Positions 31,675 to 41,880 are shown, numbered from the stretch's first letter. The stretch is 64,000 bases of DNA from Escherichia coli (GCF_046105845.1 NZ_CP151004.1); one strand, 5' to 3'. The notes: generated from the letters alone by a model not told the origin. Made by a program: numbers and translations.

Positions 31675-31793
31675 AACGCCTCCAGTTGTTTCTTTGCTGC
31701 TCTGATTAATTGTTTAACTCGGCGTGATAATTCAGATTCGTGCGGGTAGAAAGCGGACATGACGCCGCTACCCGCGAGCTGAAAGTGCATCAT
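31659..31793 (-). CDS. CIII-like protease inhibitor (P22 c3 position)
   Basis: Short ORF MMHFQLAGSGVMSAFYPHESELSRRVKQLIRAAKKQLEALCEMK, resembling the lambda CIII N-terminus (MQYAIAGWPVAGCPSESLLERI...); its 3' end overlaps the kil start. Confidence 0.5.
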   Translation of the reverse strand: MMHFQLAGSGVMSAFYPHESELSRRVKQLIRAAKKQLEALCEMK

Positions 31794-32019
31794 GGGTAAC
31801 TCCTTATATTTGATTGCATAACGAAAACGCCTCAAGTGAAGCGTTATTGGTATGCATATAAAAAAGCCCTCACACTGGAGGGCAAAGAAGATTTCCAATA
31901 ATCAGAACAAGTCGTCTCCTGTTTAGTTACGAGCGACATTGCTCCGTGTATTCACTCGTTGTAATGAATACACAGTGCAGTGTTTATTCTGTTGTTTATG
32001 CCAAAAATAAAGTCCACCG

Positions 32020-32220
32020 TCAGGCAGCCTTGTTATTCTGTTCACCAAGTTCTCTGGCAATCATTGCCGTCGTTCGTATTGCCCATTTATCGACATATTT
32101 CCCATTCTCCATTACAGGAAACATTTCTTCAGGCTTAACCATGCATTCCGATTGCAGCTTGCATCCATTGCATCGCTTGAATTGTCCACACCATTGATTT
32201 TTATCAATAGTCGTAGTCAT
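32020..32220 (-). CDS. ral: restriction alleviation protein Ral
   Basis: 66-aa ORF MTTTIDKNQWCGQFKRCNGCKLQSECMVKPEEMF... matches recalled lambda Ral. Confidence 0.7.
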   Translation of the reverse strand: MTTTIDKNQWCGQFKRCNGCKLQSECMVKPEEMFPVMENGKYVDKWAIRTTAMIARELGEQNNKAA

Positions 32221-32352
32221 AAGGATAGTCCTGGTATTGTTCCATCACATCCTGCGGATGCTCTTCGAACTCTTCAAATTCTTCTTCCATATATCACCTC
32301 AAATAAGTGGTTTGCTGCCAAAACAATGAACCATCCGGAAATTCCAGATAGT

Positions 32353-32580
32353 TCATAATTCACTCTTCAATACTTCCAACTTACTAATCGCCGATAGATA
32401 TCCGCGCTGATAGGGCATCATCATTCCTTCGAGCTTGACACTTCTTAACTCCTTCCTGAGCAATTGTATTGCTTGATCAATAACCTCTGCCTTAGCGTCC
32501 TTTATGGCTTGCTTGCGGGGCTTTGCTTTCTGCTTTGGCAGATTTCTCAAGCATGATGGAATGTATGTCTGATTCATCAC
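32353..32580 (-). CDS. hypothetical PL-operon protein (75 aa)
   Basis: ORF immediately downstream of the N-like gene. Confidence 0.4.
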   Translation of the reverse strand: MMNQTYIPSCLRNLPKQKAKPRKQAIKDAKAEVIDQAIQLLRKELRSVKLEGMMMPYQRGYLSAISKLEVLKSEL

Positions 32581-32853
32581 TTACCTCGCTGTCAGTTGTT
32601 TTGATTTCCGATAGCCTGCCGCGTAAATAGCTACGTTTGGCAGGCAAATACTTCCACTGCATTCATCTGCCTTCTTGCAGCAAAGGCTTCCTAGTGATGC
32701 TGCTTTGTCTGCTCTGACGCAACCAGAGAGCTTTAGCGCAATTTTTCGCGCCAGTGCTTCATTACTGCGTCGCTCGGCAATAAGTTCTGCTCTGCGAGCT
32801 TTGTAGCGGCTTTTTGCCGTACCTTTGGATTCTTTCCAGACAATGGTTACCAT
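32581..32853 (-). CDS. N-type transcription antiterminator (P22 gene 24-like)
   Basis: Arg-rich N-terminus (KSRYKARRAELIAERR) and C-terminus LPNVAIYAAGYRKSKQLTAR resembling P22 gp24; AAGGAG RBS before the ATG at 32853. Confidence 0.7.
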   Translation of the reverse strand: MVTIVWKESKGTAKSRYKARRAELIAERRSNEALARKIALKLSGCVRADKAASLGSLCCKKADECSGSICLPNVAIYAAGYRKSKQLTAR

Positions 32854-33050
32854 GATGGTCTCCTTTAAGTGGCTTTGGCGCATGACGCGTCGAGGTGCTT
32901 ATCTTCTCGATCGCTGTCTTGCAGCTGCAATTCGCGCCATCCCCAAAACCACTCAAGTTCTGGTCTCAACGGTTAGGTTGAGAGTCCGTCGATGTTAAAG
33001 AGCCTGCCAATCTGTTCCGTTTGGCTTCCAGCGTCCTGCTGATGGCTTAA

Positions 33051-33068
33051 ATTTAAGACTTCTTAATT
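33051..33068. promoter_or_regulatory. OL-type operator for the C2 repressor
   Basis: ATTTAAGACTTCTTAATT fits the P22 operator pattern AnTnAAGnnnnCTTnAnT. Confidence 0.55.
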
Positions 33069-33142
33069 TATTGGTCAAGTGCATTTTTGAAGAAAACTTA
33101 ATTTTATGGGCGTGAATTTAGTTTGCCTTTGATTTTTAACGG

Positions 33143-33167
33143 GAAATAAAAAAGGGGCGAAAGCCCC
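33143..33167 (-). terminator. rho-independent terminator immediately after c2
   Basis: GGGGC-GAAA-GCCCC hairpin followed by a U-run on the minus strand. Confidence 0.6.
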
Positions 33168-33818
33168 TTAAGGAAGGTTTGCTAGCTTGGCATCAACGAC
33201 AACGCCAATGATTTTACAGTTCCCATTGATTTCAATCATTGGGTATTGTGGATTGAGTGGTTTCAGGAATTTTCTACCGGCATCAATAACTAACTTTTTG
33301 AATGTCGCCTCGTTTTCTCCTTCAAGTTTGGCGACTACCAGCTTTCCATTACGTGGTTCGACTTCTGGGTCGACGAGAATAATCATCCCCTCAGGAATAC
33401 TCAGTCCTGCCGGGGCAGTCATTGAATCGCCTTTAACGTCGAGCCAAAAAGAGTCTTCAGAACAATCTACCGTTGTGTCGTACCAGTTATCTATTGCACG
33501 CCTATGATATGGCTCTACAGCTTCCATCCAACATCCTGCGCTTACCCAACTAATTAGAGGATACGAACCTCTTGGATCATGCCTGCTGTGATAGGCAATG
33601 TTTGAAAGACTATCCTCTCCTTTCAACAGGTAATCAGGGGAGCACTGCAAAGCCTTGGCTAAGGCCAATAGGTTTTCGCCATTGGGCTCAGTTTCAGATC
33701 GCTCCCATTGGGAAATAGCAACATTAGACACGCCAACCATCTTGCCAAGGGCAGCCTGCCTAATCTTGAGTTCTTTTCTGCGAGCGCGAATACGCTCACC
33801 CATCAGTTGTGTATTCAT
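33168..33818 (-). CDS. c2: prophage repressor (P22 C2 / lambda CI functional equivalent), HTH plus LexA-like peptidase
   Basis: 216-aa ORF MNTQLMGERIRARRKELKIRQAALGKMVGVSNVAISQWERSE... with C-terminal S24-like domain; near-identical to recalled P22 C2. Confidence 0.9.
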   Translation of the reverse strand: MNTQLMGERIRARRKELKIRQAALGKMVGVSNVAISQWERSETEPNGENLLALAKALQCSPDYLLKGEDSLSNIAYHSRHDPRGSYPLISWVSAGCWMEAVEPYHRRAIDNWYDTTVDCSEDSFWLDVKGDSMTAPAGLSIPEGMIILVDPEVEPRNGKLVVAKLEGENEATFKKLVIDAGRKFLKPLNPQYPMIEINGNCKIIGVVVDAKLANLP

Positions 33819-33884
33819 AGTTAAGACATCTTAAATAAACTTGACTTAAGATTCCTTTGGTGGATAATTTAAGTGTTCTTTAAT
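33819..33884. promoter_or_regulatory. OR operators and PRM/PR in the c2-cro intergenic region
   Basis: Two 18-bp sites fit AnTnAAGnnnnCTTnAnT: AGTTAAGACATCTTAAAT (33819-33836) and ATTTAAGTGTTCTTTAAT (33867-33884). Confidence 0.65.
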
Positions 33885-33898
33885 TTCGGAGCGAGTCT

Positions 33899-34084
33899 AT
33901 GTACAAAAAAGATGTTATTGACCACTTCGGAACCCAGCGTGCTGTTGCTAAAGCACTAGGCATTAGCGATGCAGCAGTCTCTCAGTGGAAAGAAGTTATC
34001 CCAGAGAAAGACGCCTATCGATTGGAAATCGTTACAGCTGGCGCCCTGAAGTATCAAGAAAGTGCTTACCGCCAAGCGGCATAA
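33899..34084 (+). CDS. cro: Cro repressor
   Basis: 61-aa HTH ORF (MYKKDVIDHFGTQRAVAKALGISDAAVSQWKE...) divergent from c2. Confidence 0.85.
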   Translation: MYKKDVIDHFGTQRAVAKALGISDAAVSQWKEVIPEKDAYRLEIVTAGALKYQESAYRQAA

Positions 34085-34199
34085 GCAAATTGCTCTTTAA
34101 CAGTTCTGGCCTTTCACCTCTAACAGGGTGAGCAAACATCAGCGGCAAATCCATTGGGTGTGCCGCTATAACTCAATATCAATATAGGAAAATTAACAA

Positions 34200-34496
34200 A
34201 TGGCACAAGCAAGCTACAGCAAGCCAACACAGCGAGAAATTGATCGCGCTGAAACTGATTTACTCATCAACCTGTCAACGCTTACCCAGCGCGGTCTGGC
34301 AAAGATGATTGGCTGTCATGAATCGAAGATAAGCAGAACGGACTGGAGATTTATTGCTTCGGTCTTGTGTGCTTTCGGAATGGCATCAGACATCAGTCCG
34401 ATTAGCAGGGCTTTTAAGTATGCATTGGATGGAATCGCAAAGAAAAAATCCCCGGCTGCCACCGAGGATTCTGAGCAAATTGATATGCAATTCTGA
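34200..34496 (+). CDS. CII-type transcriptional activator (P22 c1)
   Basis: 98-aa ORF; C-terminus KKKSPAATEDSEQIDMQF resembles the lambda CII C-terminus. Confidence 0.75.
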   Translation: MAQASYSKPTQREIDRAETDLLINLSTLTQRGLAKMIGCHESKISRTDWRFIASVLCAFGMASDISPISRAFKYALDGIAKKKSPAATEDSEQIDMQF

Positions 34497-34676
34497 GGTA
34501 ATTACTGGATCAATCCACAGGAGTAATTATGACAAAACGTCGTAAGAAATACCAGGAAAAAGAAGAGATTCGACACCCTGATTCACCTGAGGGATTAGTG
34601 GTAGCCGCAGCAAATAACAGGGCGTTCGCAGAGCGCCTTGTTGGTGTTTACAGACTAGCCAAAGCAGGAGTGAAAC

Positions 34677-35507
34677 ATGGGCGTCGTTAAGTTAGCTGAT
34701 TACAGGCCTCAACTGGAGGTCGTGGAGCATCGCGTGGCAGAACTCGAAGATGGCTACACTCGGACTGCAAACACACTGTTAGAAGCCGCCATGCTTTCTG
34801 GGCTTACTCTACATCAGTTACTGATTGTTATGGCTGTGTGGCGCAAGACATACGGTTACAACAAAAAAATAGATTGGATCGGAAACGAACAGTTCGCTGA
34901 ACTCACTGGCATGGCACCAACCAAATGTTCTACCGCCAAAAACGAGCTTATCAGAATGGGAGTTCTCATTCAGGTGGGGCGTCAAGTTGGTATGAATACA
35001 AACATTTCCGAGTGGAAAACGAAAGTTAACGGATTCGGTAAAACATTTACCAATTCGGTAAAACAAACCTTCACCAAATCGGTAAAAAGCAATTTACCGA
35101 ATCAGTCAAACACAAAAGACAATATACAAAAGACAATAAATACAAATACCCCCTTACCCCCTAACGGGGGCGGCGATGGGCAGGTTAAACCTGAACGTCG
35201 CAAGGCAGAACGAATCGACTATGAATCCTTCCTGAACGCCTACAACACCGAAGTCGGTGACAGACTGCCACACGCTGTTGCGGTCAACGAGAAACGCAAA
35301 CGCCGCCTGAAGAAAATCATCCCGCAACTGAAAACGCCAAACGTGGACGGTTTCAGAGCGTATGTCAGGGCGTTTGTACATCAGGCCAAGCCGTTTTACT
35401 TCGGAGACAACGACACTGGCTGGACGGCAGATTTTGATTACCTGCTGAGGGAAGATTCGTTAACGGGAGTACGGGAAGGGAAGTTTGCAGACAGGGGGAT
35501 TGCATGA
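34677..35507 (+). CDS. replication initiator (lambda O-like / P22 gene 18)
   Basis: 276-aa ORF immediately upstream of a DnaB-like helicase gene; N-terminal DNA-binding region. Confidence 0.7.
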   Translation: MGVVKLADYRPQLEVVEHRVAELEDGYTRTANTLLEAAMLSGLTLHQLLIVMAVWRKTYGYNKKIDWIGNEQFAELTGMAPTKCSTAKNELIRMGVLIQVGRQVGMNTNISEWKTKVNGFGKTFTNSVKQTFTKSVKSNLPNQSNTKDNIQKTINTNTPLPPNGGGDGQVKPERRKAERIDYESFLNAYNTEVGDRLPHAVAVNEKRKRRLKKIIPQLKTPNVDGFRAYVRAFVHQAKPFYFGDNDTGWTADFDYLLREDSLTGVREGKFADRGIA

Positions 35508-36880
35508 GACAGGATATCGAAGCGAGCGTTATCGGTGGCCTGCTGATTGGTGGATTAACACCAACCGCCAGCGACGTTCTGGCAACGCTGGAGCCGGAAG
35601 CGTTTTCAATTCCGCTCTACCGGAAAGCCTTCGAGGTTATCCGCAAGCAGGCGAGAAACAGAAACCTAATCGACGCGCTGATGGTTGCAGAGGCGTGCGG
35701 AGAGGAGCATTTCACGTCAATCCTGATGACCAGCAAGAACTGCCCGAGTGCCGCAAACCTGAAGGGATATGCTGGAATGGTCGCGGATAACTATCACCGC
35801 CGTCTGGTGCTGGAAATCATGGACGAAATGCGTGAACCAATTCAGAGCGGAACCATCGACGCATCGAGTCAGGCGATGGACGAGCTGGTAAAGCGTCTTT
35901 CAGCCATCAGAAAGCCACGTGACGAGGTAAAACCTGTACGGTTAGGGGAAATCATCACCGACTACACTGACACGCTTGACAGGCGTCTGAGGAACGGAGA
36001 AGAGTCAGATACCCTGAAGACCGGAATCGAAGAACTTGATGCCATCACCGGAGGGATGAACGCGGAAGACCTGGTGATAATCGCTGCTCGTCCTGGTATG
36101 GGGAAAACCGAGCTGGCGCTGAAGATTGCCGAAGGCGTTGCAAGCCGCGTTATTCCTGGTTCTGACGTCCGGCGCGGGGTATTGATTTTCTCAATGGAAA
36201 TGAGCGCATTGCAGATTGCAGAGCGAAGCATTGCCAACGCCGGGAGGATGTCGGTTAGCGTACTGCGAAATCCTGCATCGATGGATGACGAAGGCTGGGC
36301 GCGTGTTGCTAACGGCATGAGTCAGCTTGCAGATTTGGATGTATGGGTAGTCGATGCCTCGCGGTTATCGGTAGAAGAAATTCGCTCAATCGCAGAGCGG
36401 CACAAACAGGAAAATCCAAACCTGTCACTCATCATGGCGGATTATCTTGGCCTGATTGAGAAGCCGAAAGCAGACCGCAACGACCTCGCAATTGCTCACA
36501 TCTCAGGAAGCCTGAAGGCGATGGCGAAAGACCTGAAAACGCCTGTTATCTCCCTAAGTCAGCTTTCGCGCGATGTTGAGAAGCGACCAAACAAACGCCC
36601 GACAAACGCAGATTTGCGTGATTCAGGAAGCATTGAGCAGGACGCAGACTCAATCATCATGCTCTATCGGGAAGCGGTATATGACGAGAACAGTAGCGCC
36701 GCGCCATTTGCTGAAATCATCGTGACGAAAAACCGTTTTGGCTCACTTGGTACGGTTTACCAGCGGTTCTGTAACGGACACTTTGTTGCATGTGACCAGG
36801 ATGAAGCCAGACAGATTTGCACAGCATCAAATGCACCTGCTGCGCGTGGCAGACGATATGCACAAGGGGCGGACGTATGA
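35504..36880 (+). CDS. replicative DNA helicase (DnaB family, P22 gene 12-like)
   Basis: 458-aa ORF with Walker A ([12 protein letters not shown]) and DnaB C-terminal motifs. Confidence 0.85.
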   Translation: MRQDIEASVIGGLLIGGLTPTASDVLATLEPEAFSIPLYRKAFEVIRKQARNRNLIDALMVAEACGEEHFTSILMTSKNCPSAANLKGYAGMVADNYHRRLVLEIMDEMREPIQSGTIDASSQAMDELVKRLSAIRKPRDEVKPVRLGEIITDYTDTLDRRLRNGEESDTLKTGIEELDAITGGMNAEDLVIIAARPGMGKTELALKIAEGVASRVIPGSDVRRGVLIFSMEMSALQIAERSIANAGRMSVSVLRNPASMDDEGWARVANGMSQLADLDVWVVDASRLSVEEIRSIAERHKQENPNLSLIMADYLGLIEKPKADRNDLAIAHISGSLKAMAKDLKTPVISLSQLSRDVEKRPNKRPTNADLRDSGSIEQDADSIIMLYREAVYDENSSAAPFAEIIVTKNRFGSLGTVYQRFCNGHFVACDQDEARQICTASNAPAARGRRYAQGADV

Positions 36881-36905
36881 CCATCTACATCACTGAGCTA
36901 ATAAC

Positions 36906-36936
36906 AGGCCTGCTGGTAATCGCAGGCCTTTTTATT
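36906..36936 (+). terminator. rho-independent terminator after the replication genes
   Basis: AGGCCTGC-TGGTAATC-GCAGGCCT hairpin followed by a T-run. Confidence 0.6.
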
Positions 36937-36953
36937 TGGGGGAGAGGGAAGTC

Positions 36954-37394
36954 ATGAAAAAACTAACCTTTGAAATTCGATCTCCAGCACATCAGCAAAA
37001 CGCTATTCACGCGGTACAGCAAATTCTTCCAGACCCAACCAAACCAATCGTAGTAACCATTCAGGAACGCAACCGCAGCTTAGACCAGAATCGAAAGCTT
37101 TGGGCTTGCCTTGGTGACGTCTCTCGTCAGGTTGAATGGCATGGTCGCTGGCTGGATGCAGAAAGCTGGAAGTGTGTGTTTACCGCAGCATTAAAGCAGC
37201 AGGACGTTGTTCCTAACCTTGCCGGGAATGGCTTTGTGGTAATAGGCCAGTCAACCAGCAGGATGCGTGTAGGCGAATTTGCGGAGCTATTAGAGCTTAT
37301 ACAGGCATTCGGTACAGAGCGTGGCGTTAAGTGGTCAGACGAAGCGCGACTGGCTCTGGAGTGGAAAGCAAGATGGGGAGACAGGGCGGCATGA
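36954..37394 (+). CDS. ninB: NinB recombination protein
   Basis: 146-aa product [23 protein letters not shown]... matches the recalled NinB family. Confidence 0.8.
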   Translation: MKKLTFEIRSPAHQQNAIHAVQQILPDPTKPIVVTIQERNRSLDQNRKLWACLGDVSRQVEWHGRWLDAESWKCVFTAALKQQDVVPNLAGNGFVVIGQSTSRMRVGEFAELLELIQAFGTERGVKWSDEARLALEWKARWGDRAA

Positions 37395-37567
37395 GGCGAC
37401 AGCGACGAAGTATCACCGACATCATCTGCGAAAACTGCAAATACCTTCCAACGAAGCGCTCCAGAAATAAACGCAAGCCAATCCCAAAAGAATCTGACGT
37501 AAAAACCTTCAATTACACGGCTCACCTGTGGGATATCCGGTGGCTAAGACATCGTGCGAGGAAATGA
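37391..37567 (+). CDS. ninD: NinD-like small Zn-ribbon protein
   Basis: 58-aa ORF ([24 protein letters not shown]...) with ATGA overlap to ninB. Confidence 0.6.
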   Translation: MRRQRRSITDIICENCKYLPTKRSRNKRKPIPKESDVKTFNYTAHLWDIRWLRHRARK

Positions 37568-37971
37568 CAATGCTTTTAATTCAACTTGGATTTGGCCTTA
37601 GCATCAAAAAATGTCACATGTTTGGCGAGAAAGAGTCTCAACGAAAAATGGTGCTTATCAAGTTGCCATTTATCAGTATTTGTTGGCTAAACAGGGAGGC
37701 CGCAAATTATTTGTCTACATGCGCCAGAGCAGCATTTAACGACCCTGAGTGGTTTGTAGAAAACCATCACGCTGTTCGTCAGGCAAAGAGAAAGGCCGAA
37801 ACGACATACATGAAGGCGTATCGAAAAGCATGGAAAGAACACCGCGATCGATACCAACAAGACATGGAAAAGCTTGAATCAGAAAACATGGAATTAAGAC
37901 GAAAGCTCGGTGAAGCAAAACGAGACATTGATGCTTACAAGCGACTTTTTAATGGTGAAAGCCATGCTTAG
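37564..37971 (+). CDS. hypothetical nin-region protein (135 aa), hydrophobic N-terminus plus C-terminal coiled coil
   Basis: ORF coupled to the ninD stop (ATGA); C-terminal heptad-like [30 protein letters not shown]. Confidence 0.45.
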   Translation: MTMLLIQLGFGLSIKKCHMFGEKESQRKMVLIKLPFISICWLNREAANYLSTCARAAFNDPEWFVENHHAVRQAKRKAETTYMKAYRKAWKEHRDRYQQDMEKLESENMELRRKLGEAKRDIDAYKRLFNGESHA

Positions 37972-38140
37972 TCCATCCCAATCTCTTCAATACCAGAAAG
38001 AAAGCGTCGAGCGGGCTTTAACGTGCGCTAACTGCGGTCAGAAGCTGCATGTGCTTGAAGTTCACGTGTGCTCCGATTGCTGCGCAGAACTGATGAGCGA
38101 TCCGAATAGCTCAATGTACGAGGAAGAAGACGATGAGTGA
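37964..38140 (+). CDS. ninF: NinF
   Basis: 58-aa [39 protein letters not shown]... matches recalled lambda NinF. Confidence 0.7.
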   Translation: MLSPSQSLQYQKESVERALTCANCGQKLHVLEVHVCSDCCAELMSDPNSSMYEEEDDE

Positions 38141-38402
38141 TTTCGCTGAGCTTATTTCCTTCAAAAAAGACAGAGAAGAAATGCGGACTGAATCTGTCTA
38201 TTACGTTCAACACCGGAATAAACGCTCGGTGCTTGATCAGGAGTTGGTTATTACCGGAGACCTGGCATTCAGAACATATAAGGCCAGCATGGAAATGAAG
38301 GATTTCCCTAAATGTGGTTCTGAAAGAGAAGCCGCGTTAAAGCTGGCTGAGTGGATGCAGAGAATGGCTGCTGCAATTGAGAATTACTGGAGTGAACCAT
38401 AA
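38133..38402 (+). CDS. hypothetical nin-region protein (89 aa)
   Basis: ORF in the coupled nin gene string. Confidence 0.5.
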   Translation: MSDFAELISFKKDREEMRTESVYYVQHRNKRSVLDQELVITGDLAFRTYKASMEMKDFPKCGSEREAALKLAEWMQRMAAAIENYWSEP

Positions 38403-38692
38403 TGGCTAACCTACGCAAAGAAGCGCGCGGCAGAGAATGCCAGGTACGTATTTACGGCATATGCAATGGCAATCCTGAAACTACAGTTCTGGCACATTAC
38501 CGGATGGCTGGAATTTGCGGAACGGGAATGAAACCTGACGACCTGATTGGCGCATGGGCTTGTAGCGCGTGTCACGATGAAATCGACCGACGCACCCATA
38601 ATCTCGACAACAAAGACGCCAGACTTTACCACCTCGAAGGTGTGATCAGGACGCAGGCGATACTGCTGAAGGAGGGGAAGATTAAGCCATGA
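38402..38692 (+). CDS. hypothetical Cys/His-rich nin-region protein (96 aa)
   Basis: ORF with CxVRIxGxCNGNPETTVLAHYR...AWACSACHDEIDRR, suggesting a zinc-binding fold. Confidence 0.5.
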   Translation: MANLRKEARGRECQVRIYGICNGNPETTVLAHYRMAGICGTGMKPDDLIGAWACSACHDEIDRRTHNLDNKDARLYHLEGVIRTQAILLKEGKIKP

Positions 38693-39051
38693 ACGAATAT
38701 CAGTTTGTGCTTCCTTACCCGCCGTCGGTGAACACCTACTGGCGAAGACGGGGAAGCCAATACTACATCAGCGATAAAGGCCAGAAATACCGAAAAGACG
38801 TTCAGCAAATTATCCGCCAACTCAAGTTAGACATTTTCACCAAATCACGACTCCGCATCAAAGTCATCGCAGACGTTCCAGACTCACGCCGCCGCGACCT
38901 CGATAACATCCTGAAAGGTTTACTCGACTCCCTTATCCACGCCGGATTTGCGGAAGACGACGAGCAATTCGATGACATTCGCGTAATTCGTGGTGTGAAA
39001 GTACCAGGTGGAAGGCTTGGAATAAAAATCACCGAACTGGAGAACGCATGA
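38689..39051 (+). CDS. rusA: Holliday-junction resolvase RusA
   Basis: 120-aa ORF with RusA motifs (PDSRRRDLDNILKGLLDSL, GGRLGIKITEL). Confidence 0.85.
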   Translation: MNEYQFVLPYPPSVNTYWRRRGSQYYISDKGQKYRKDVQQIIRQLKLDIFTKSRLRIKVIADVPDSRRRDLDNILKGLLDSLIHAGFAEDDEQFDDIRVIRGVKVPGGRLGIKITELENA

Positions 39052-39236
39052 ACGCCACAATTCAAACGATACCAGAGCTTCTTATCCAGACACGAGGCAA
39101 TCAGACCGAAGTGGCAAGGATGCTTTCCTGCGCAAGAGGAACAGTGCTCAAGTACAACCGAGACAGCAAAGGCGAGCGTCATGTAATAGTTAACGGCGTC
39201 CTGATGGTCAAACAGGGCAAGAGGGGAAGACGATGA
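39048..39236 (+). CDS. ninH: NinH-like protein
   Basis: 62-aa ORF with GNQTEVARMLSCARGTVLKY resembling lambda NinH. Confidence 0.65.
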   Translation: MNATIQTIPELLIQTRGNQTEVARMLSCARGTVLKYNRDSKGERHVIVNGVLMVKQGKRGRR

Positions 39237-39856
39237 GACTCGAAAGCGTAGCTAAATTTCATTCGCCAAAAAGCCCGATGATGAGCGACTCACCACGGGC
39301 TACGGCTTCTGACTCTCTTTCCGGTACTGATGTGATGGCTGCTATGGGGATGGCACAATCACAGGCCGGATTCGGGATGGCTGCATTTTGCGGTAAGCAC
39401 GAACTCAGCCAGAACGACAAACAAAAGGCTATCAACTATCTGATGCAATTTGCACACAAGGTATCGGGGAAATACCGTGGTGTGGCAAAGCTCGAAGGAA
39501 ATACTAAGGCAAAGGTACTGCAAGTGCTCGCAATATTCGCTTATGCGGATTATTGCCGTAGTGCCGCGACGCCGGGTGCAAGATGCAGAGATTGCCACGG
39601 TACAGGCCGTGCGGTTGATATAGCCAAAACGGAGCAGTGGGGGAGAGTTGTTGAGAAAGAGTGCGGAAGATGCAAAGGTGTCGGCTATTCAAGAATGCCA
39701 GCAAGCGCCGCATATCGCGCTGTAACGATGCTAATCCCAAACCTTACCCAACCCACCTGGTCACGCACTGTTAAGCCGCTGTATGACGCTCTGGTGGTGC
39801 AATGCCACAAAGAAGAGTCAATCGCAGACAATATTTTGAATGCGGTCACACGTTAG
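39233..39856 (+). CDS. Q: late-gene antiterminator Q (lambda type)
   Basis: 207-aa ORF MRLESVAKFHSPKSPMMSDSPRATASDSLSG... near-identical to recalled lambda Q. Confidence 0.9.
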   Translation: MRLESVAKFHSPKSPMMSDSPRATASDSLSGTDVMAAMGMAQSQAGFGMAAFCGKHELSQNDKQKAINYLMQFAHKVSGKYRGVAKLEGNTKAKVLQVLAIFAYADYCRSAATPGARCRDCHGTGRAVDIAKTEQWGRVVEKECGRCKGVGYSRMPASAAYRAVTMLIPNLTQPTWSRTVKPLYDALVVQCHKEESIADNILNAVTR

Positions 39857-39898
39857 CAGTATGATTGCCACGGATGGCAACATATTAACGGCATGATA

Positions 39899-39927
39899 TT
39901 GACTTATTGAATAAAATTGGGTAAATT
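39899..39927 (+). promoter_or_regulatory. late promoter PR' with adjacent qut region
   Basis: TTGACT(-35)...TAAATT(-10), identical to the recalled lambda PR' core. Confidence 0.7.
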
Positions 39928-39961
39928 TGACTCAACGATGGATAAATGCACTCGTTAAATA

Positions 39962-39994
39962 AAGCCCTGAGTTAATAGCTCGGGGCTTTTTGCG
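39962..39994 (+). terminator. tR'-type terminator downstream of PR'
   Basis: AGCCCTGAG-TTAATAG-CTCGGGGCT hairpin followed by a T-run. Confidence 0.65.
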
Positions 39995-40289
39995 TTTTAA
40001 ACACGACCTTTCTGAAAGCACATCAAACCAAATACCAGACAGACAAAAATAATCACCTTATCCGCTGTGGCTACGGTGCGGTGTGCTTTGCATAAAAGAA
40101 AACCAGCTCAATGGCTGGCTTCGTGAAAGCGGGTGGCAAGAGGTTGCGCTAACAACCTCCTGCCGTTTTGCCCGTGCATATCGGTCACGAACAAATCTGA
40201 TTACTAAACACAGTAGCCTGGATTTGTTCTATCAGTAACCGACCTTATTCCTAATTAAATAGAGCAAATCCCCTTATTGGGGGTAAGAC

Positions 40290-40613
40290 ATGAAGATGCC
40301 AGAAAAACATGACCTGTTAGCCGCCATTCTCGCGGCAAAGGAACAAGGCATCGGGGCAATCCTTGCGTTTGCAATGGCGTACCTTCGCGGCAGATATAAT
40401 GGCGGTGCGTTTACAAAAACAGTAATCGACGCAACGATGTGCGCCATTATCGCCTGGTTCATTCGTGACCTTCTCGACTTAGCAGGACTAAGTAGCAATC
40501 TCGCTTATATAACGAGCGTGTTCATCGGCTACATCGGTACTGACTCGATTGGTTCGCTTATCAAACGCTTCGCTGCTAAAAAAGCCGGAGTAGAAGATGG
40601 TGGAAATCAATAA
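40290..40613 (+). CDS. S: class I holin (lambda S type)
   Basis: 107-aa [23 protein letters not shown]... with the dual-start Met1/Met3 motif. Confidence 0.9.
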   Translation: MKMPEKHDLLAAILAAKEQGIGAILAFAMAYLRGRYNGGAFTKTVIDATMCAIIAWFIRDLLDLAGLSSNLAYITSVFIGYIGTDSIGSLIKRFAAKKAGVEDGGNQ

Positions 40614-41073
40614 TCAACGTAAGGCGTTCCTCGATATGCTGGCGTGGTCAGAGGGAACAGATAACGGACGACAGAAAACCAGAAATCATGGTTATGACGT
40701 CATTGTTGGCGGAGAGCTATTCACTGATTACTCCGATCACCCTCGCAAACTTGTCACGCTAAATCCAAAACTCAAATCAACAGCAGCCGGGCGCTATCAG
40801 CTTCTTTCCCGTTGGTGGGATGCCTACCGTAAGCAGCTTGGCCTGAAAGACTTCTCTCCCAAAAGCCAGGACGCTGTTGCGCTGCAGCAGATTAAGGAAC
40901 GTGGCGCTTTGCCGATGATTGATCGCGGTGATATTCGTCAGGCTATCGACCGTTGCAGCAATATCTGGGCTTCACTGCCGGGCGCTGGCTATGGCCAGTT
41001 CGAGCATAAGGCTGACAGCCTGATTGCAAAATTCAAAGAAGTTGGCGGAACGGTCAGAGAGATTGAGGTATGA
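40597..41073 (+). CDS. R: endolysin (lambda R lytic transglycosylase)
   Basis: 158-aa [27 protein letters not shown]... Confidence 0.9.
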   Translation: MVEINNQRKAFLDMLAWSEGTDNGRQKTRNHGYDVIVGGELFTDYSDHPRKLVTLNPKLKSTAAGRYQLLSRWWDAYRKQLGLKDFSPKSQDAVALQQIKERGALPMIDRGDIRQAIDRCSNIWASLPGAGYGQFEHKADSLIAKFKEVGGTVREIEV

Positions 41074-41537
41074 GCAGAGTAACCGCGATTATCTCAGCTC
41101 TGGTTATCTGCATCATCGTTTGCCTGTCATGGGCTGTTAATCATTACCGTGATAACGCCATCGCCTACAAAGAACAGCGTGATAAAAAAGTCAGTGAGCT
41201 GAAGCAGGCGACCGCCACCATTACTGACATGCAGCAACGCCAGCGTGCTGCTGATGCACTCGATGCTAAATACACGAAGGAGTTAGCTGATGCGAAAGCT
41301 GAAAATGATGCTCTTCGGCGCAAGCTTGATAATGGTGGCAGGGTGCTCGTCAAAGGAAAATGCCCTGTGCCATCCTCAGCCGAAACCTCCGGCGCCTCCG
41401 GCATGGGCAATGATGCCACCGTCGAACTCTCTCCAGTTGCTGGACGAAACGTTCTCGGTGTCCGGGACGGAATTATCCGCGACCAAACAGCACTGAGAAC
41501 GCTTCAGGAATACATCAGGACGCAATGCCTTCGATGA
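41070..41537 (+). CDS. Rz: i-spanin
   Basis: 155-aa ORF with N-terminal TM helix and coiled-coil periplasmic domain. Confidence 0.85.
   Translation: MSRVTAIISALVICIIVCLSWAVNHYRDNAIAYKEQRDKKVSELKQATATITDMQQRQRAADALDAKYTKELADAKAENDALRRKLDNGGRVLVKGKCPVPSSAETSGASGMGNDATVELSPVAGRNVLGVRDGIIRDQTALRTLQEYIRTQCLR
41290..41496 (+). CDS. Rz1: o-spanin lipoprotein embedded in Rz (+1 frame)
   Basis: Embedded [24 protein letters not shown]... with lipobox and a Pro-rich segment. Confidence 0.75.
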   Translation: MRKLKMMLFGASLIMVAGCSSKENALCHPQPKPPAPPAWAMMPPSNSLQLLDETFSVSGTELSATKQH

Positions 41538-41711
41538 TAGCGATAATTTTACTCATCATCCTTCACATCTGGCTCTGTAGACAGGGTGGTGAACACTTCT
41601 GGAGTGAATCCAGATTAAACATCTCATTGCTGATGCTTGATATTGAGCATCTGGCGCGCGGTAAGGGGCTGCGTTGAGATAAGAGCCAGTCATTACAAAT
41701 ACCAGGATTTA

Positions 41712-41736
41712 GCCTCGCATTTGCGGGGCTTTTTTA
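41712..41736 (+). terminator. terminator-like hairpin downstream of the lysis cassette
   Basis: GCCTCGC-ATTT-GCGGGGC followed by TTTTTT. Confidence 0.5.
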
Positions 41737-41880
41737 CATCTGCAGTAAACCGCGCATCGCAGCGCGTAACAATCCCGAGTCTTTCAGAAAGCTGAGCCTG
41801 AGAACTGCCGTATATGGTGGCGACCATCTCGGGGCGGCTTTTCTGTGCGAACAGGCTCATCTTTCTAAAAGGTAAACGCT

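Noticed and set aside
35485-35790. 101-aa plus-strand ORF
   Set aside because: Lies inside the DnaB-like helicase gene in another frame; Arg/Gly-rich shadow translation.
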